The translations under genes were made by a program, and so were the position numbers. The notes beneath the pieces are model-generated. The model saw nothing but the letters and a program-made list of their open reading frames with translations, made no database searches and was not told the origin of the DNA. From NCBI GenBank assembly GCA_951406725.2, contig OX597831.1, positions 68,696,001 to 68,760,000 on the forward strand: a stretch of DNA of 64,000 bases. Direction: 5' to 3'. The first letter of the stretch is position 1; every line of letters starts with the position of its first letter. Shown here in pieces: positions 63,745 through 64,000 of the stretch. Source of the stretch: Octopus vulgaris (Eukaryota).

Positions 63745-64000
63745 CTGCTATTTATTGTACCAGTATTTTGAATAAGGAAGAATATCCACCAAAGTTGATA
63801 CCAAAACATATATTTCCATGACAACAAATGGCAATCACTTTGCAGAATTGCATGCTGTGATCTATAAAAATCATCATCTGTCTGTCCACAAAGTTTTCTA
63901 AGTAGGCATCTTTAAAAGTTTGTGCCATATGGTTTTAAAAGAAAATGCAAATGCATCATGTCATCACAAAATGTCTGCTATTCCTGCTGACAGACAAAAC

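Overview
AT-rich, microsatellite-dense animal DNA made almost entirely of transposable elements. The repeat content suggests an octopus/coleoid cephalopod (inference, not verified). No complete host gene is visible; there is one candidate 65-bp exon at 8967-9031 (-). Nearly all ORFs in the track are microsatellite or SINE artefacts. Contents: (1) a nested stack of a hAT/Charlie relic holding a piggyBac (PGBD4-like), TTAA MITEs and a SINE; (2) Tc1 and rosa-like elements, a nearly complete mariner nested in the Tc1, an internally deleted mariner and a non-autonomous Helitron; (3) RTE, RTE-X and R4/Dong-like LINE fragments, one RTE having a twin-priming-type 5' inversion; (4) at least four SINE-like families; (5) several Penelope-like elements (PLEs). 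The most striking signal is about six distinct short PLE-type units with minimal hammerhead-ribozyme (HHR) folds. Several have non-canonical cores, some preserved between copies (A9C, A6U, U4C), plus a U3-A8 core, and many are arranged as fold-backs, often within (TA)n. One unit fuses a tRNA-derived Pol III-type head to the HHR. It occurs both as the 3' terminal repeat of an RT/GIY-YIG Penelope copy and alone. All calls were made by eye; coordinates of degenerate elements are approximate.
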